Below, in pieces: positions 1 to 9,583 of a DNA stretch of 64,000 bases. Every line of letters starts with the position of its first letter. Positions within the stretch are counted from its first letter, which is position 1. This DNA is from an uncultured Solirubrobacterales bacterium. Lineage in GTDB: Bacteria; Actinomycetota; Thermoleophilia; Solirubrobacterales; 70-9. The DNA is taken from assembly GCA_963697695.1 (NCBI GenBank), contig OY969094.1, positions 2,415,958 through 2,479,957 of the forward strand. Direction: 5' to 3'. The position numbers and the translations under genes are program-made. The notes below the pieces were generated by a model. That model ran no database searches. It worked only from the letters and a program-made list of their open reading frames with translations, and was not told where the DNA came from.

Positions 1-1
1 A

Positions 2-1288
2 GACGGCAACCGCATCTTCTTTGCGGCGTCTCCCACCGTTGGGAACGACACCGAACTCCATGCCTACATGCGCGAGGATCAGTCGCAGACGTTCGAGCTT
101 TCGCTTTCGGAGCGTGGACCCTGTCCAGCCGCGCCAGAATGCAGCAAGGTCGGGTCATTCCAGCTTGCCAGCAAGGATGGATCCGTGGCTTTCATCAGCA
201 ACACCAATCCATATGACCAGGGGGGCTTTTATTCCGCGCCCCTGACTGATGATTCTGATCCAAATGCAGAATGCTGCGATCTGTACCGTTGGGAGCGCAA
301 CGCACCGTTCGGTGAACGGCTGACGAACATTACCTCTTCAGATGGTCAAGGGGGATACATGGGGGTCGCTGGTTCCTCCGACGACGCCAGCCGGGTCTAT
401 TTCACCGACTCCGGCGTGTTGGCGCCGGGCGCCCTCAGGGGTCTGCGCAACCTCTATCTTTGGCAGCTGGGGTCTGGGGTCAGGTTCGTTGCCACCTTGG
501 CTCCTTCGGATGAAGGGGTGACCGGGACCAACCGAACCAGGTCCTCTGATCCCGACGCGTTCAAGGACGCTCGCGTGAGCCCGGACGGCGCCTACCTGCT
601 GTTCGCGTCCCGCGCACGACTGACCTCCTACGACACGGGGGGTCATAAGCAGATTTACCGCTACGACGCTTTGCAGGACGAGCTGACCTGCATCTCCTGC
701 AATCGCCGAACCGGTTCGGCGATTGCCGACGCAGTCCTGGGATCTTTCGCCGAGATCAAAACGAGTAAAGGCTTGGCTGTGAAGAGTCCGATGCCTGCCA
801 TCTGGTTGCCACGTAATCTCTCCTCAGACGGTCGCACGGTGTTCTTCGACACGCGCGAAGCGTTGGTCCCCACCGACAGCAACGGGAAGGTCGACGTCTA
901 TAGGTGGCGGGATGGTCAGGTAGGGCTGATCTCCAGCGGCAATAGCGCTACCGATTCCAGTTTCCTCGACGCAAGCAGCTCTGGAGACGACATCTTCTTC
1001 ACCACCCGAGAGCCGCTGGTTCGATCGGACAGCGACACGGTGATCGATGTCTATGACGCTCGTGTCAATGGAATGCTGGAGCCGCCCGTGGCTCAGCCCT
1101 GCGTAGGAGATGACTGTCAAACGACTCCGTCGCCGCCACCGGCTTTTCAGACACCGGGAAGCAGCACCTTCTCCGGCCTTGGAAACCCATCCGCGAAGAA
1201 AGCCAAAGCGAAGAAAAAACAAAACAAGCGAAAGCGCAGGGCACAGCGGAGCAAAGGAAGGCATCACCATGCCCAGGGGCAGTCGTGA
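2..1288 (+). CDS. secreted TolB/PD40-like beta-propeller repeat protein, 5' end outside the window
   Basis: The frame is open from base 2 (DGNRIFFAAS...), so the ATG at 68 is internal. Recurring 'SPDG/SSDG ... vfF' and 'DVYRW / DVYDA' strands are typical of PD40-type propellers. Strong GC3 bias. Ends in a Lys/Arg-rich tail. Confidence 0.6.
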   Translation, partial: DGNRIFFAASPTVGNDTELHAYMREDQSQTFELSLSERGPCPAAPECSKVGSFQLASKDGSVAFISNTNPYDQGGFYSAPLTDDSDPNAECCDLYRWERNAPFGERLTNITSSDGQGGYMGVAGSSDDASRVYFTDSGVLAPGALRGLRNLYLWQLGSGVRFVATLAPSDEGVTGTNRTRSSDPDAFKDARVSPDGAYLLFASRARLTSYDTGGHKQIYRYDALQDELTCISCNRRTGSAIADAVLGSFAEIKTSKGLAVKSPMPAIWLPRNLSSDGRTVFFDTREALVPTDSNGKVDVYRWRDGQVGLISSGNSATDSSFLDASSSGDDIFFTTREPLVRSDSDTVIDVYDARVNGMLEPPVAQPCVGDDCQTTPSPPPAFQTPGSSTFSGLGNPSAKKAKAKKKQNKRKRRAQRSKGRHHHAQGQS

Positions 1289-1314
1289 AGAGAAGAAAAG
1301 CTGAGGAGAGAAGA

Positions 1315-4164
1315 ATGACTATCCGCTGGGGTTCTAGTTTCCGAGCCATGCTTCTAGGAGCTCTGCTCGTGGTCGCGATGCCGGCGACGGCACACTCCGC
1401 TTTCGGGATATCTCAGTGGGACGGAGATTGGAGCGATCCCGGCGGAGGTCTTCAGGCTGCCGGTCATCCCGACACGATCCGCACGAGCTTCCGGATCAAC
1501 ACGATCGACGTCGACGACGAAGTCGGGTACCGGCCGGATGGTTACATCAGGGACGCCCATGGAGAGACGCCACCGGGCTTGGTGCCAAATCCCAATGCCG
1601 TTCCCAAATGCCCTGGTCTCTTGGCACTGCTGCAGGAGCAATGCTCGGCAGCAAGCCAGGTGGGTTACATCAATCTGGCCGTAGGCTCGGAAGGGAAAGA
1701 GCTCATTGCTCCGCGAATTGCTGTCTATAACATGTCCGCCTTGCCGGGCACGCCAGGATCCGTTGCTTTCAACTTCGCCAACACTCCGATCTATATAACC
1801 GGAAACATTCGGAACGACAGCGACTACGGTCTTACTGTCAGCAGTACCAACATTTCACAGGCGATCAATATCGTCGGCGTGGATCTGTACTTCTGGGGAG
1901 TACCGGGCGATCCGATCCACGACGCGGACCGAGTCGTCCCCGGGAGCTGCTTGCTCCCCGGGCTAGGGTGCAGCTATGGCGAATCGGCCGGGCTTGAGGA
2001 TCCAAGCGCGTTCCTGACCAACCCAACATCCTGTACTGGCGCTGAAGTGGGGTTGCCGTTCACCTTGAAGGCTTTCTCTTGGCAGTTGCAGACCGCAGAA
2101 TCGACCTTCACTACTCACGCCCCTGGCGATCCGAGCCAGCAGCTGGGGATCACGGGGTGTGATGTGGTTCCATTCGATCCGACGATATCGGCTCAGTTGA
2201 CGACTGGCCAGGCTGAGACGCCGACGGGCCTCGAATTCGACCTGCGTTTCCCTCAGCAGGGAGCGGCCAATCCAGACGGCTTGGGTCAGGCGCATCTGCA
2301 GGAAGCCGTGGTGAAGCTCCCGGAGGGGATGACGATCAACCCTTCGTATGGAGACGGCGTCAAAGCGTGCAGCGCGGCCCAGATAGGCCTTCTCTCAGGG
2401 GATAGCGAGCCGATTCGGTTCAGCGGGCAGGCGGCCCAGTGTCCCGACGCCTCGCAGATAGCGTCGGTGGAAGTGGAGTCGCCGCCTCTCGAAACGCCGC
2501 TGAAAGGCGCCCTCTACATCGGTCAGCAGAACGATCCCGTCGCGCCCGGGGTAGAGAATCCCTTCAACGGGTTGGTCGCGCTCTACATGGCGATCGAAGG
2601 CTCCGGCGTTCGAGTCAAGCTCGGCGGCGAGGTCACTCCCGATCCCGACACAGGGCAGGTGATCACCACCTTTGCCGGCAATCCTCAGGTCCCCTTCAGC
2701 CGCTTCACGCTCAAGTTCAAGGGAGGACAGCGGGCACCGCTCGCGACCCCCGCGGCCTGTGGCAGGTATACGACCGAGGCTGACCTACGGTCCTGGTCAC
2801 GGCCCGACGAGGTAATCACTGCCACTTCCTCATTCCACATAACCGAAGGCCCCCATGGAGGACCCTGCATCAACGACCCCGGTGCCAGGTCCTTCAGCCC
2901 GGACCTGAACGCCGGCACCCTCAACAACAACGCCGGCTCCTACAGCCCGCTCAACGTCCGCATGACCAGAGAAGACGGCGAACAGGAGATCACCTCCTTC
3001 TCCGCCGATCTGCCCCCGGGCCTGGTCGGCAAGCTGGCGGGGATCCCCTACTGCCCAGACGCGGCGATCGAGGCCGCAAAGACCAAGACGGGCATCCAGG
3101 AGCTGAACAGCCCCTCCTGCCCGCAGGCGAGCATGGTCGGCAAGACGCTGGTCGGCTCGGGCGTGGGATCGCTGCTCGTCTATGCCCCCGGCAAGGTCTA
3201 CCTCGCCGGCCCCTACAAAGGCGCGCCGATCTCGATCGCGGCGATCACCTCGGCCACGGTTGGGCCATTCGACCTGGGGACGGTGGTTGTCAGATCCGCC
3301 TTCAAGGTCGACCCGGAAACGGCAAAAGTCACCGTCGACTCATCCAGCTCTGACCCGATCCCCCACATCATCGCGGGGATCCCGGTTCACCTGCGCGACA
3401 TCCGCGTCTTCGTCGACAGGCCTGAATTCACGCTCAACCCGACCAGCTGCGATCGCTTCAGCTTTGCGACGAGGCTGACCGGCTCGGGCGCTGACTTCAC
3501 GAGCCCCCTAGACGATCCCTCGGTGGGAGTCTCGGTTCCCTTCCAAGCCGCCAACTGCGCCGCCCTGCCCTTCAAGCCGAAGCTCTCCTTCAAGCTCAAG
3601 GGAGGAACCAAGCGCGGTCAGTTCCCCGCCTTCCAGGCGGTGCTCAAAGCAAGACCGGGAGACGCCAACATCGCCGGCTCAACGGTCGTCCTGCCCCGCT
3701 CGGAGTTCATCGAACAAGGGCACATCAGAACCGTCTGCACCAGAGTGCAGTTCGCCGCCAACCAGTGCCCACCCGGCTCGATCTACGGCTACGCCAAAGC
3801 AACGACGCCGCTCTTCGACAAACCGCTCGAAGGGCCGGTCTACCTGCGCTCAAACGGAGGCGAAAGGGTCCTGCCTGATCTCGTCGTCTCCCTCAACGGA
3901 GAGATCGACGTCGCCCTGACCGGCTTCGTCGACTCGGTCAAAGGCAGGGTCAGGAACCGCTTCGCCGTCATCCCCGACGCCCCCGTGACCAAGTTCGTCC
4001 TCAACATGCAGGGCGGCAAGAAGGGCCTCCTGGTCAACCACCTGGACCTCTGCGAGGTCACCTCGAGGGCCGACGTGAAGCTGATCGGCCAGAACGGCAA
4101 GGTGGTCGAAGCGAGGCCGAAGATGGGGACTTCGTGCGGGAAGGGGCGGAAAGCCCGGCGCTAA
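1315..4164 (+). CDS. large secreted hypothetical protein (about 949 aa)
   Basis: ATG at 1315 is preceded by GAGGAGAG. The N-terminus MTIRWGSSFRAMLLGALLVVAMPATAHSAF looks like a signal peptide. Long uninterrupted high-GC3 ORF; no catalytic motif recognised. The listed GTG at 1285 is an alternative start. Confidence 0.6.
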   Translation: MTIRWGSSFRAMLLGALLVVAMPATAHSAFGISQWDGDWSDPGGGLQAAGHPDTIRTSFRINTIDVDDEVGYRPDGYIRDAHGETPPGLVPNPNAVPKCPGLLALLQEQCSAASQVGYINLAVGSEGKELIAPRIAVYNMSALPGTPGSVAFNFANTPIYITGNIRNDSDYGLTVSSTNISQAINIVGVDLYFWGVPGDPIHDADRVVPGSCLLPGLGCSYGESAGLEDPSAFLTNPTSCTGAEVGLPFTLKAFSWQLQTAESTFTTHAPGDPSQQLGITGCDVVPFDPTISAQLTTGQAETPTGLEFDLRFPQQGAANPDGLGQAHLQEAVVKLPEGMTINPSYGDGVKACSAAQIGLLSGDSEPIRFSGQAAQCPDASQIASVEVESPPLETPLKGALYIGQQNDPVAPGVENPFNGLVALYMAIEGSGVRVKLGGEVTPDPDTGQVITTFAGNPQVPFSRFTLKFKGGQRAPLATPAACGRYTTEADLRSWSRPDEVITATSSFHITEGPHGGPCINDPGARSFSPDLNAGTLNNNAGSYSPLNVRMTREDGEQEITSFSADLPPGLVGKLAGIPYCPDAAIEAAKTKTGIQELNSPSCPQASMVGKTLVGSGVGSLLVYAPGKVYLAGPYKGAPISIAAITSATVGPFDLGTVVVRSAFKVDPETAKVTVDSSSSDPIPHIIAGIPVHLRDIRVFVDRPEFTLNPTSCDRFSFATRLTGSGADFTSPLDDPSVGVSVPFQAANCAALPFKPKLSFKLKGGTKRGQFPAFQAVLKARPGDANIAGSTVVLPRSEFIEQGHIRTVCTRVQFAANQCPPGSIYGYAKATTPLFDKPLEGPVYLRSNGGERVLPDLVVSLNGEIDVALTGFVDSVKGRVRNRFAVIPDAPVTKFVLNMQGGKKGLLVNHLDLCEVTSRADVKLIGQNGKVVEARPKMGTSCGKGRKARR

Positions 4165-4192
4165 CCGGCAGGCCCGATCTCGTTTCGCAGTA

Positions 4193-4231
4193 CCGCGGCG
4201 CTCCGCCTTATGGGAGCGCCGCGGCTCGTTT
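4193..4231 (+). terminator. intrinsic terminator-like hairpin after the 949-aa gene
   Basis: Perfect 12-bp stem CCGCGGCGCTCC / GGAGCGCCGCGG (4193-4204 / 4213-4224) with an 8-nt loop, followed by CTCGTTT. Confidence 0.55.
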
Positions 4232-4316
4232 GAGTCACTGAATCGGCACGTTTGGGTCTAGTCCCGCGCGTTGGAGCGGGACAGCATCGACCTCCAATCG
4301 ACTGAAGGAGGCTTCG

Positions 4317-4556
4317 ATGTTCTATGCGCTGCTGGGGTACCTGCACGCGGCTGTGGCGAGAAGGGTGCAAACGATTCGCCTGCTCGCTGGAGAGCGGGGG
4401 CAGGGGACGGTCGAGTACGTGGGGCTGATCCTGCTCGTCTCGCTGCTGATGGTGGGGATGGTTGCCGCGATGAAAGGTTTCAATAGAAACTTTAGTAAGA
4501 CCCGAAACTTATATTGCCGACCGGACGCAGGCGATCAGGACAGCTCAAGGCACTGA
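4317..4556 (+). CDS. flp: Flp/Fap-family pilin paralog whose C-terminus is replaced at a repeat junction (possibly a pseudogene)
   Basis: GAAGGAGG RBS. Has the G-X4-EY prepilin motif (RG|QGTVEY) followed by the hydrophobic helix VGLILLVSLLMVGMV. Parallels the intact copy at 27168 up to ...MKGFN, then diverges into the AT-rich repeat (RNFSKTRNLY...). Confidence 0.6.
   Translation: MFYALLGYLHAAVARRVQTIRLLAGERGQGTVEYVGLILLVSLLMVGMVAAMKGFNRNFSKTRNLYCRPDAGDQDSSRH
4482..4527 (+). repeat. AT-rich conserved element, copy A (shortest; forms the junction with flp)
   Basis: AATAGAAACTTTAGTAAGACCCGAAACTTATATTGCCGACCGGACG. Shares the core with the copies at 9340, 12502 and 18195. Confidence 0.8.
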
Positions 4557-4568
4557 TGTCCGGTACGC

Positions 4569-5630
4569 GTGGTTTCCTCCCTTGGTATGCCTTTTGCGGC
4601 TTCCTTCTGGTTTATTGACCTGCCCTGGTGGGCCTTCTGGTCCCTGGTCGCAGTCGTCGTGTTGGTGGGCGGCTTTGTCCTCTGGTTCCTCTGGGACGAA
4701 TGGGGAACCTGGCGGCTGACGCGCGGGGTTAACGGCCCTGACGATGAGGACATGCCCTCGAAGATCGTTTACCCCTATTACGTCGAGAGCGGCAGCCTGC
4801 GCGACCTGGCGCACACGGTCAAGCTCGACTTGCCGACCGGGAAACACATCACCAAGTCCAAGAAATTCGGCTTCAATATTAAGGGAACTGGGGGGGAGAG
4901 CGGAGACAGCGAGACCGAGGAATACGGTGGCCAATTGCCGCTCTTGGAGCTGGCTGAGAGGGTCGAGGAGAGCGGAATGTACGGCGGGGACAGTCCTGCG
5001 AGACGGGTAGCTGACGCGGCATCTGTTTCTGATGAAGGCGCGCTTTCCGCTGCGATTGAGCAAATCCAGCAGGATTTCCCGACGACTTCCCAGACTGCGG
5101 AGCTACTTTCCCACGTCCAAGACGCTTTCAGCGGTGAGCGGGTCGAGGCGTTGGCAGCCAAGAAGCGCGAGGAGTTCGAGAACATTGCCAAACGTAATCA
5201 ACTGCTGGTCTTCAAAGGTCAGTTCGCCTTCAAAGAGGTCGGTCGAGACGGCTGCGGGCCGACCTTGAAATTGACGCACTTCAACCCGACTCCTGGCTAC
5301 ATCTCACCGCGCGGTGCCAATAACGAAGACGACCTACGCGCAGACCTGATTCCGCTCCCCGAAGGCGTTGGCCTCGACGTAACTCTGCCTGATGGCAAAG
5401 CGTTGACTCCTGCCGGAGGCGAGCGCATCCTGCGCGGCGAGCCGCTTTACGCCGGCCTCATCGCGCACAGTCCCAGCTTCAATTCCGAGACCGGCAGGCT
5501 GACCTGCTCTGCATGGGCGATATGGGGCGAGAACACGCCCGACTGGAATGAGTTGGCCCACTACCGCTACGGCGGACGAGGCGGCCCCTACGGCCCTGCC
5601 ATGGGTGCTCAGCCCGGCTATGGCTGCTGA
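4569..5630 (+). CDS. membrane-anchored hypothetical protein
   Basis: Hydrophobic, Trp-rich N-terminus (FWFIDLPWWAFWSLVAVVVLVGGFVLWFLW), then a soluble region with no motif I recognise. GTG start at 4569 (ATG at 4587 is an alternative). Good GC3 bias. Confidence 0.5.
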   Translation: MVSSLGMPFAASFWFIDLPWWAFWSLVAVVVLVGGFVLWFLWDEWGTWRLTRGVNGPDDEDMPSKIVYPYYVESGSLRDLAHTVKLDLPTGKHITKSKKFGFNIKGTGGESGDSETEEYGGQLPLLELAERVEESGMYGGDSPARRVADAASVSDEGALSAAIEQIQQDFPTTSQTAELLSHVQDAFSGERVEALAAKKREEFENIAKRNQLLVFKGQFAFKEVGRDGCGPTLKLTHFNPTPGYISPRGANNEDDLRADLIPLPEGVGLDVTLPDGKALTPAGGERILRGEPLYAGLIAHSPSFNSETGRLTCSAWAIWGENTPDWNELAHYRYGGRGGPYGPAMGAQPGYGC

Positions 5631-6018
5631 GTAGAGCTCGCCTGAGTCCGCTTATCGCTTTGGTGCGCCGCTCTCTCTGAAAATGTTCCGTGAAGTCGTC
5701 ATTCGCTCCCGCTTGTCGGGGCTAGCGGTTTCCGCACGCGCCGATGGAGCCTCGGCAGCCGCACCGGGTAAAAAGCAGTGCAAGGATCGCCAGGCGGAAT
5801 CGACAAGAAGAAGCGTCAGGCAAGGAGGCGATGCATCAGGAGGGCGAGGGGCAGCCGCTCGACCGAAGTAGGGGTCGTCATCGTCGGGCCCCCGACCGCC
5901 GCTCAATCCGGCTCCGCCGTGACAAGACTGCCAAGGCAGAACACGATCCGCACGGGGAGTCGATACCGCAGACGCGCAGTGTCGCCCGACTCCACTCGCC
6001 TACGATCCTGCTGATGAC

Positions 6019-7082
6019 TGTTGTAGTTCCTCACAACGTTGTTCAATCCGGGCCTCCTTGAAGGCTGGGGGTGTCGAGCCACCCACCCAACAAGGAGACA
6101 CCGGATGGACATCCACGCTAACGCCCGCACCTGCCCGAACAGCCGCAGGCTGCTGGTCGGGCGCATCGAAGAGGAGGGCTGGTCGCTGATGGTGGCGGCC
6201 GAGGCCGCCGGCATCAGCGAGCGCAGCGCCCGCAAGTGGCTGTCTCGCTGGCGGGCCGAGGGTGAGGTGGGGCTGCTGGATCGCAGCTCTGCTCCGAGGC
6301 GGGTGCCATCCCGCCTCCCAGCCGACCGCCTGGAGGCGATCGAGGCGCTGCGGCGGCTGCGGATGACAGCGGCGGAGCTCGCCGAGGTCCTCGGAATGGC
6401 ACTCTCGACGGTGTCCAGGTGGCTGGCGCGGATCGGGCTGGGCAAGCGCAGCCGACTCACTCCGCCAGAGCCACCCAACCGCTACGAGCGAAAGCGTCCC
6501 GGAGAGCTGATCCACGTCGACGTCAAGAAGCTCGCGCGGATCAGTGCCCGGGGCGCCGGGCACCGGGTGAGCGGCAACCGCAAGAGCCAGTTCGAACGCC
6601 GCTCCGGCTCCAATCGCAGGCGGGTCACCGGCTGGGAGTTCGTCCACGTCTGCGTCGATGACGCCACCCGCCTCGCCTACGTGGAGGTCTTGCCTGACGA
6701 GAAGGGCGCCACCGCGGCAGGGTTCCTGCGCCGCGCCGTCGGCTGGTTGAAGGGAATGGGAGTCGAGGTCGAGCGGGTGCTCTCAGACAACGGCTCCTGT
6801 TATCGCTCCGGCGTCCACGCCGAAGCTTGCGCGGAGCTCGGCATGCGCCACATCTTCACCCGCCCCTACCGGCCGCGAACCAACGGCAAGGCCGAGCGCT
6901 TCATCCAGACGCTCACCAACCGCTGGGCCTACGGGGCCATCTACGGCTCCTCGGCCGAGCGAGCCGGGGCGCTGCCCGGCTGGCTCGATCACTACAACTT
7001 CAGGAGACGACACGGCTCCCTTGGCCACAGGCCGCCTGCGGCTCGGCTTGCCGAGCTGGAACAACGTGCTGAGTAACTACAG
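6019..7082 (+). mobile_element. IS481-family insertion sequence, copy 1
   Basis: Ends ...TGTAGTTCC (6022-6030) and GTAACTACAG (7073-7082) are inverted. CTAG lies immediately right of the element (7083-7086). The first ~60 bp resemble those of copy 2 at 49763. Confidence 0.75.
6105..7076 (+). CDS. IS481-family DDE transposase (HTH + rve integrase core)
   Basis: AAGGAG RBS then ATG at 6105. Contains ...IHVDVKKL..., WEFVHVCVDDATRLAYVEVL, DNGSCYRS, YRPRTNGKAERF. Collinear with the second copy at 49856-50820. Confidence 0.85.
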   Translation: MDIHANARTCPNSRRLLVGRIEEEGWSLMVAAEAAGISERSARKWLSRWRAEGEVGLLDRSSAPRRVPSRLPADRLEAIEALRRLRMTAAELAEVLGMALSTVSRWLARIGLGKRSRLTPPEPPNRYERKRPGELIHVDVKKLARISARGAGHRVSGNRKSQFERRSGSNRRRVTGWEFVHVCVDDATRLAYVEVLPDEKGATAAGFLRRAVGWLKGMGVEVERVLSDNGSCYRSGVHAEACAELGMRHIFTRPYRPRTNGKAERFIQTLTNRWAYGAIYGSSAERAGALPGWLDHYNFRRRHGSLGHRPPAARLAELEQRAE

Positions 7083-7105
7083 CTAGTCAGGACGCCGACG
7101 GACCG

Positions 7106-9082
7106 ATGATGCCTAAACGCAAGCGCACCCAGAGGGTCGAAGAAGAGTCGCGACGGGTCTTCCCCGAAGTGCTTGAAGAGCGCTTTCTGTTTCGCGACGA
7201 GGTCCCCGACAACGGGATCGACGGGAGCGTCGAGGAGTTCGAGAAGAACGACCAGGCGACCGGACTGCGCTACTCGGTCCAGCTCAAGGCGACTGACGAG
7301 GAGAAATTGGGGACGGCGCTGAAGCGCTCGATCCCGATCGGCCACGCCGCCTACTACAACGCCCACCCGCTCCCGATCTTGATGGTGCGCTACATGGCGA
7401 GCACCGGCGACTTTTACGTCCGCTGGTGGCACAACCCACTGCCGGGGAAGTCGGCACCGAAGTCGGAGGCCAAGACGTTCACCTTCCATTGGTCCGAGGA
7501 CGACAAGTTCGAGGAAAGTGACTCGACGCGGATCGCGGAGGAGGCTCGCGGCTTCCTCGAACTGCGCTCGAGCACGCTGAAGCTTCCGGTCCAGCTCGAG
7601 GCGGTCGTCGAGGACCCGGACTGGGAACTCACTGCGGCGGAGATCGAGCTGGCCCTCGACGCCGCGGCGCGTGAACGCGCCGACGTCGTCGAGATGAAGT
7701 CCGCCGAGGCGAACGGCAAGATCGGCGTCCGAGGTCAGAGACTCGAGATCGAGCTGTTTGGAACGCTCGTAGCGAGCATGGAGCTCGAAGAGGACTACGA
7801 CCCCGGCGATGAAGCCGAGCAGCTGGCGGTCGACCTGATGGCGTTGACAGCGACCGCCCTCGCGCGCTGGGGGCAGAACGACCTAGCCGCGCGGATGACG
7901 CCTACCTTTTTCCCGGGCTCGACGCTTTCACGAGATCCGCAGGCGGCCCTGCTTCTCTCGGGGGCGATGACCGCAGCGAGGCGCGTGAGCGACGCCCTGG
8001 AGGTCGCCGAGGAGATCGACAGGACGGCGAAGGATTCAGAGATGAACACGAGCGTGCTGTTCACTCTGGTCTCACACCGACATGCAGCCTCGCTGAGCAC
8101 GGCGGAGAAAGCCGAGTACGCCACAGCGATCGAACGCCGGATTGAGAGGCGGAATTCGGACGGGGAAGCGGTCGAGGCCTCACGCGAAATGATCTCGCTC
8201 GGGAATCTCCACCGTTATGACCAGGATGGTCCGAAGGCGCTGGAGCTGTATGAGGGGGCCGCTAAGCTCGACCCTGACTATCTCAAGCGCGTTCACTACT
8301 GGCGCGAACTTGGCGGAGTCCTCTTTTTCTGCGATCGCTTCGCCGAGTCGGCCGATGCGTACGCCAAGGCGATCGAGCTCGGCGGAGAGGCATGGGATGA
8401 GATCCTGCGGGCCGATGCGCTGATGTTCGCTGGCGAGTACAGGGAGGGTCGCGAGGCTCTCGCGGAGGTAATCCCAGAGCTGCAGAGTGTCGAGCGGGGA
8501 GCGGAGTATCCGCTCAAGCACGTGATGCTTAACCACCTGGTAGAGGAGATGGGACTCGAGAGTCAGACCCGCGACATCGCCGGAGCCTACGCGGTTATGG
8601 GCGAGGTTATCTCGATGGACCGCGAGACCGAACGCGAGGCCCAGGAGGCCCGGAGTCGGGAGGCGCTCGAGCTCGACGCCCTCAACCCGGGCGCCTGGTC
8701 CTTCTTGGCGACCGTTCACGAAGAGGACGGCGATATCGCGACCGCTGGGCTGTTCTTGCTCTTCACCGCGCTATGCCGGCCTGAAGTCCCGCAGGCCTGG
8801 GCGCTCTCGTTCCTGCACCTAATGAACAGTGGAGAGAACGTGCTCCTGCCTCTGATCGTCGTCACCGGGAACCGGATGACTGGGCGCAAAGTGCTGCCGG
8901 AGATCAACCGCCTGATCAGGAGAGGTCCTGTCGACCCCAAGGACCGCGACCGGATGATTCGCAGCCTGAAGAAATTGGTCGACGATCTTGCCGATCCGAA
9001 GACTGACGGCTTCAAAATGAGGATGGTCGGTGACGAAGTGACCAACGTTGACGTTCCGGGGCAGGAACTCGGGGACCCCTAG
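7106..9082 (+). CDS. DUF4365-like (PD-(D/E)xK nuclease fold) N-terminal domain fused to TPR-like helical repeats
   Basis: The N-terminus D-NGIDGSVEEFE....TGLRYSVQLKAT matches the D.GID..xE...vQvK signature I associate with DUF4365. The middle and C-terminal parts have TPR-like repeats (ALELYEGAAKLDPDYLKRVHYWRELGGVLFFCDRFAESADAYAKAIELG). Confidence 0.55.
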   Translation: MMPKRKRTQRVEEESRRVFPEVLEERFLFRDEVPDNGIDGSVEEFEKNDQATGLRYSVQLKATDEEKLGTALKRSIPIGHAAYYNAHPLPILMVRYMASTGDFYVRWWHNPLPGKSAPKSEAKTFTFHWSEDDKFEESDSTRIAEEARGFLELRSSTLKLPVQLEAVVEDPDWELTAAEIELALDAAARERADVVEMKSAEANGKIGVRGQRLEIELFGTLVASMELEEDYDPGDEAEQLAVDLMALTATALARWGQNDLAARMTPTFFPGSTLSRDPQAALLLSGAMTAARRVSDALEVAEEIDRTAKDSEMNTSVLFTLVSHRHAASLSTAEKAEYATAIERRIERRNSDGEAVEASREMISLGNLHRYDQDGPKALELYEGAAKLDPDYLKRVHYWRELGGVLFFCDRFAESADAYAKAIELGGEAWDEILRADALMFAGEYREGREALAEVIPELQSVERGAEYPLKHVMLNHLVEEMGLESQTRDIAGAYAVMGEVISMDRETEREAQEARSREALELDALNPGAWSFLATVHEEDGDIATAGLFLLFTALCRPEVPQAWALSFLHLMNSGENVLLPLIVVTGNRMTGRKVLPEINRLIRRGPVDPKDRDRMIRSLKKLVDDLADPKTDGFKMRMVGDEVTNVDVPGQELGDP

Positions 9083-9330
9083 TGTCCGGAGTCGGCGTTG
9101 AAGCCTTCGGCCCCATCGCTGGCCAGAATGAAGTTCTCAAGTCGGGTCGAATTGCGGACTTGAACCGATCTCCTGCGCCGCCTACGTTTTCCGATGGCCA
9201 GCTTCGAAAGCCACTACACGGAGATGCTTGATATGGGCTTTGAGGCAGTGGACGAGTAAAAGCCGCCTCGAGCGTGATCGTGAGAATTCCTGTTCATCTC
9301 GGCGCCGGTCCCTTTTGAGACTGCACTGTG

Positions 9331-9425
9331 CCCTGCCTGAATAGAAACCCAAATAAGACCCGAAACCTACCGCCGATATCGGACGGCATGAATCTGACTC
9401 TGAGGGCCGGTTCGTCTCGTAGCGG
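9331..9425 (+). repeat. AT-rich conserved element, copy B (long form)
   Basis: CCCTGCCTGAATAGAAACCCAAATAAGACCCGAAACCTACCGCCGATATCGGACGGCATGAATCTGACTCTGAGGGCCGG..TCTCGTAGCGG. Collinear with copy D over about 95 nt. Confidence 0.8.
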
Positions 9426-9505
9426 CCAGGAGGAGGAAGGCGCGTGGGGCGTTTACCAAATGGCTCTGGAGAGCGCTCGTTGGCACATTTACTTGACGCT
9501 CTATG

Positions 9506-9522
9506 ATTAATTTGAGATACTC
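9506..9522 (+). promoter_or_regulatory. ATTAATTT-N1-AGATACTC motif upstream of the S1 protease gene (a TTGACG -35-like hexamer lies at 9493)
   Basis: The same two words occur at 18850-18881 upstream of the 2366-aa protease-bearing gene. Both sit in AT-rich islands just 5' of an AGGAGG RBS. Confidence 0.4.
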
Positions 9523-9583
9523 AGCCTAATCTTACGCAAGGAGGCGTCAGATGATTGGTCAGGCTTCCAGCGCCTGATGAGCG

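Noticed and set aside
9083-9330. Short reading frames downstream of the DUF4365-TPR gene (for example ...ASFESHYTEMLDMGFEAVDE*)
   Set aside because: They have no start codon, are under 60 aa, have mixed GC3 and no recognisable motif. They are possibly a gene remnant, but this cannot be supported.
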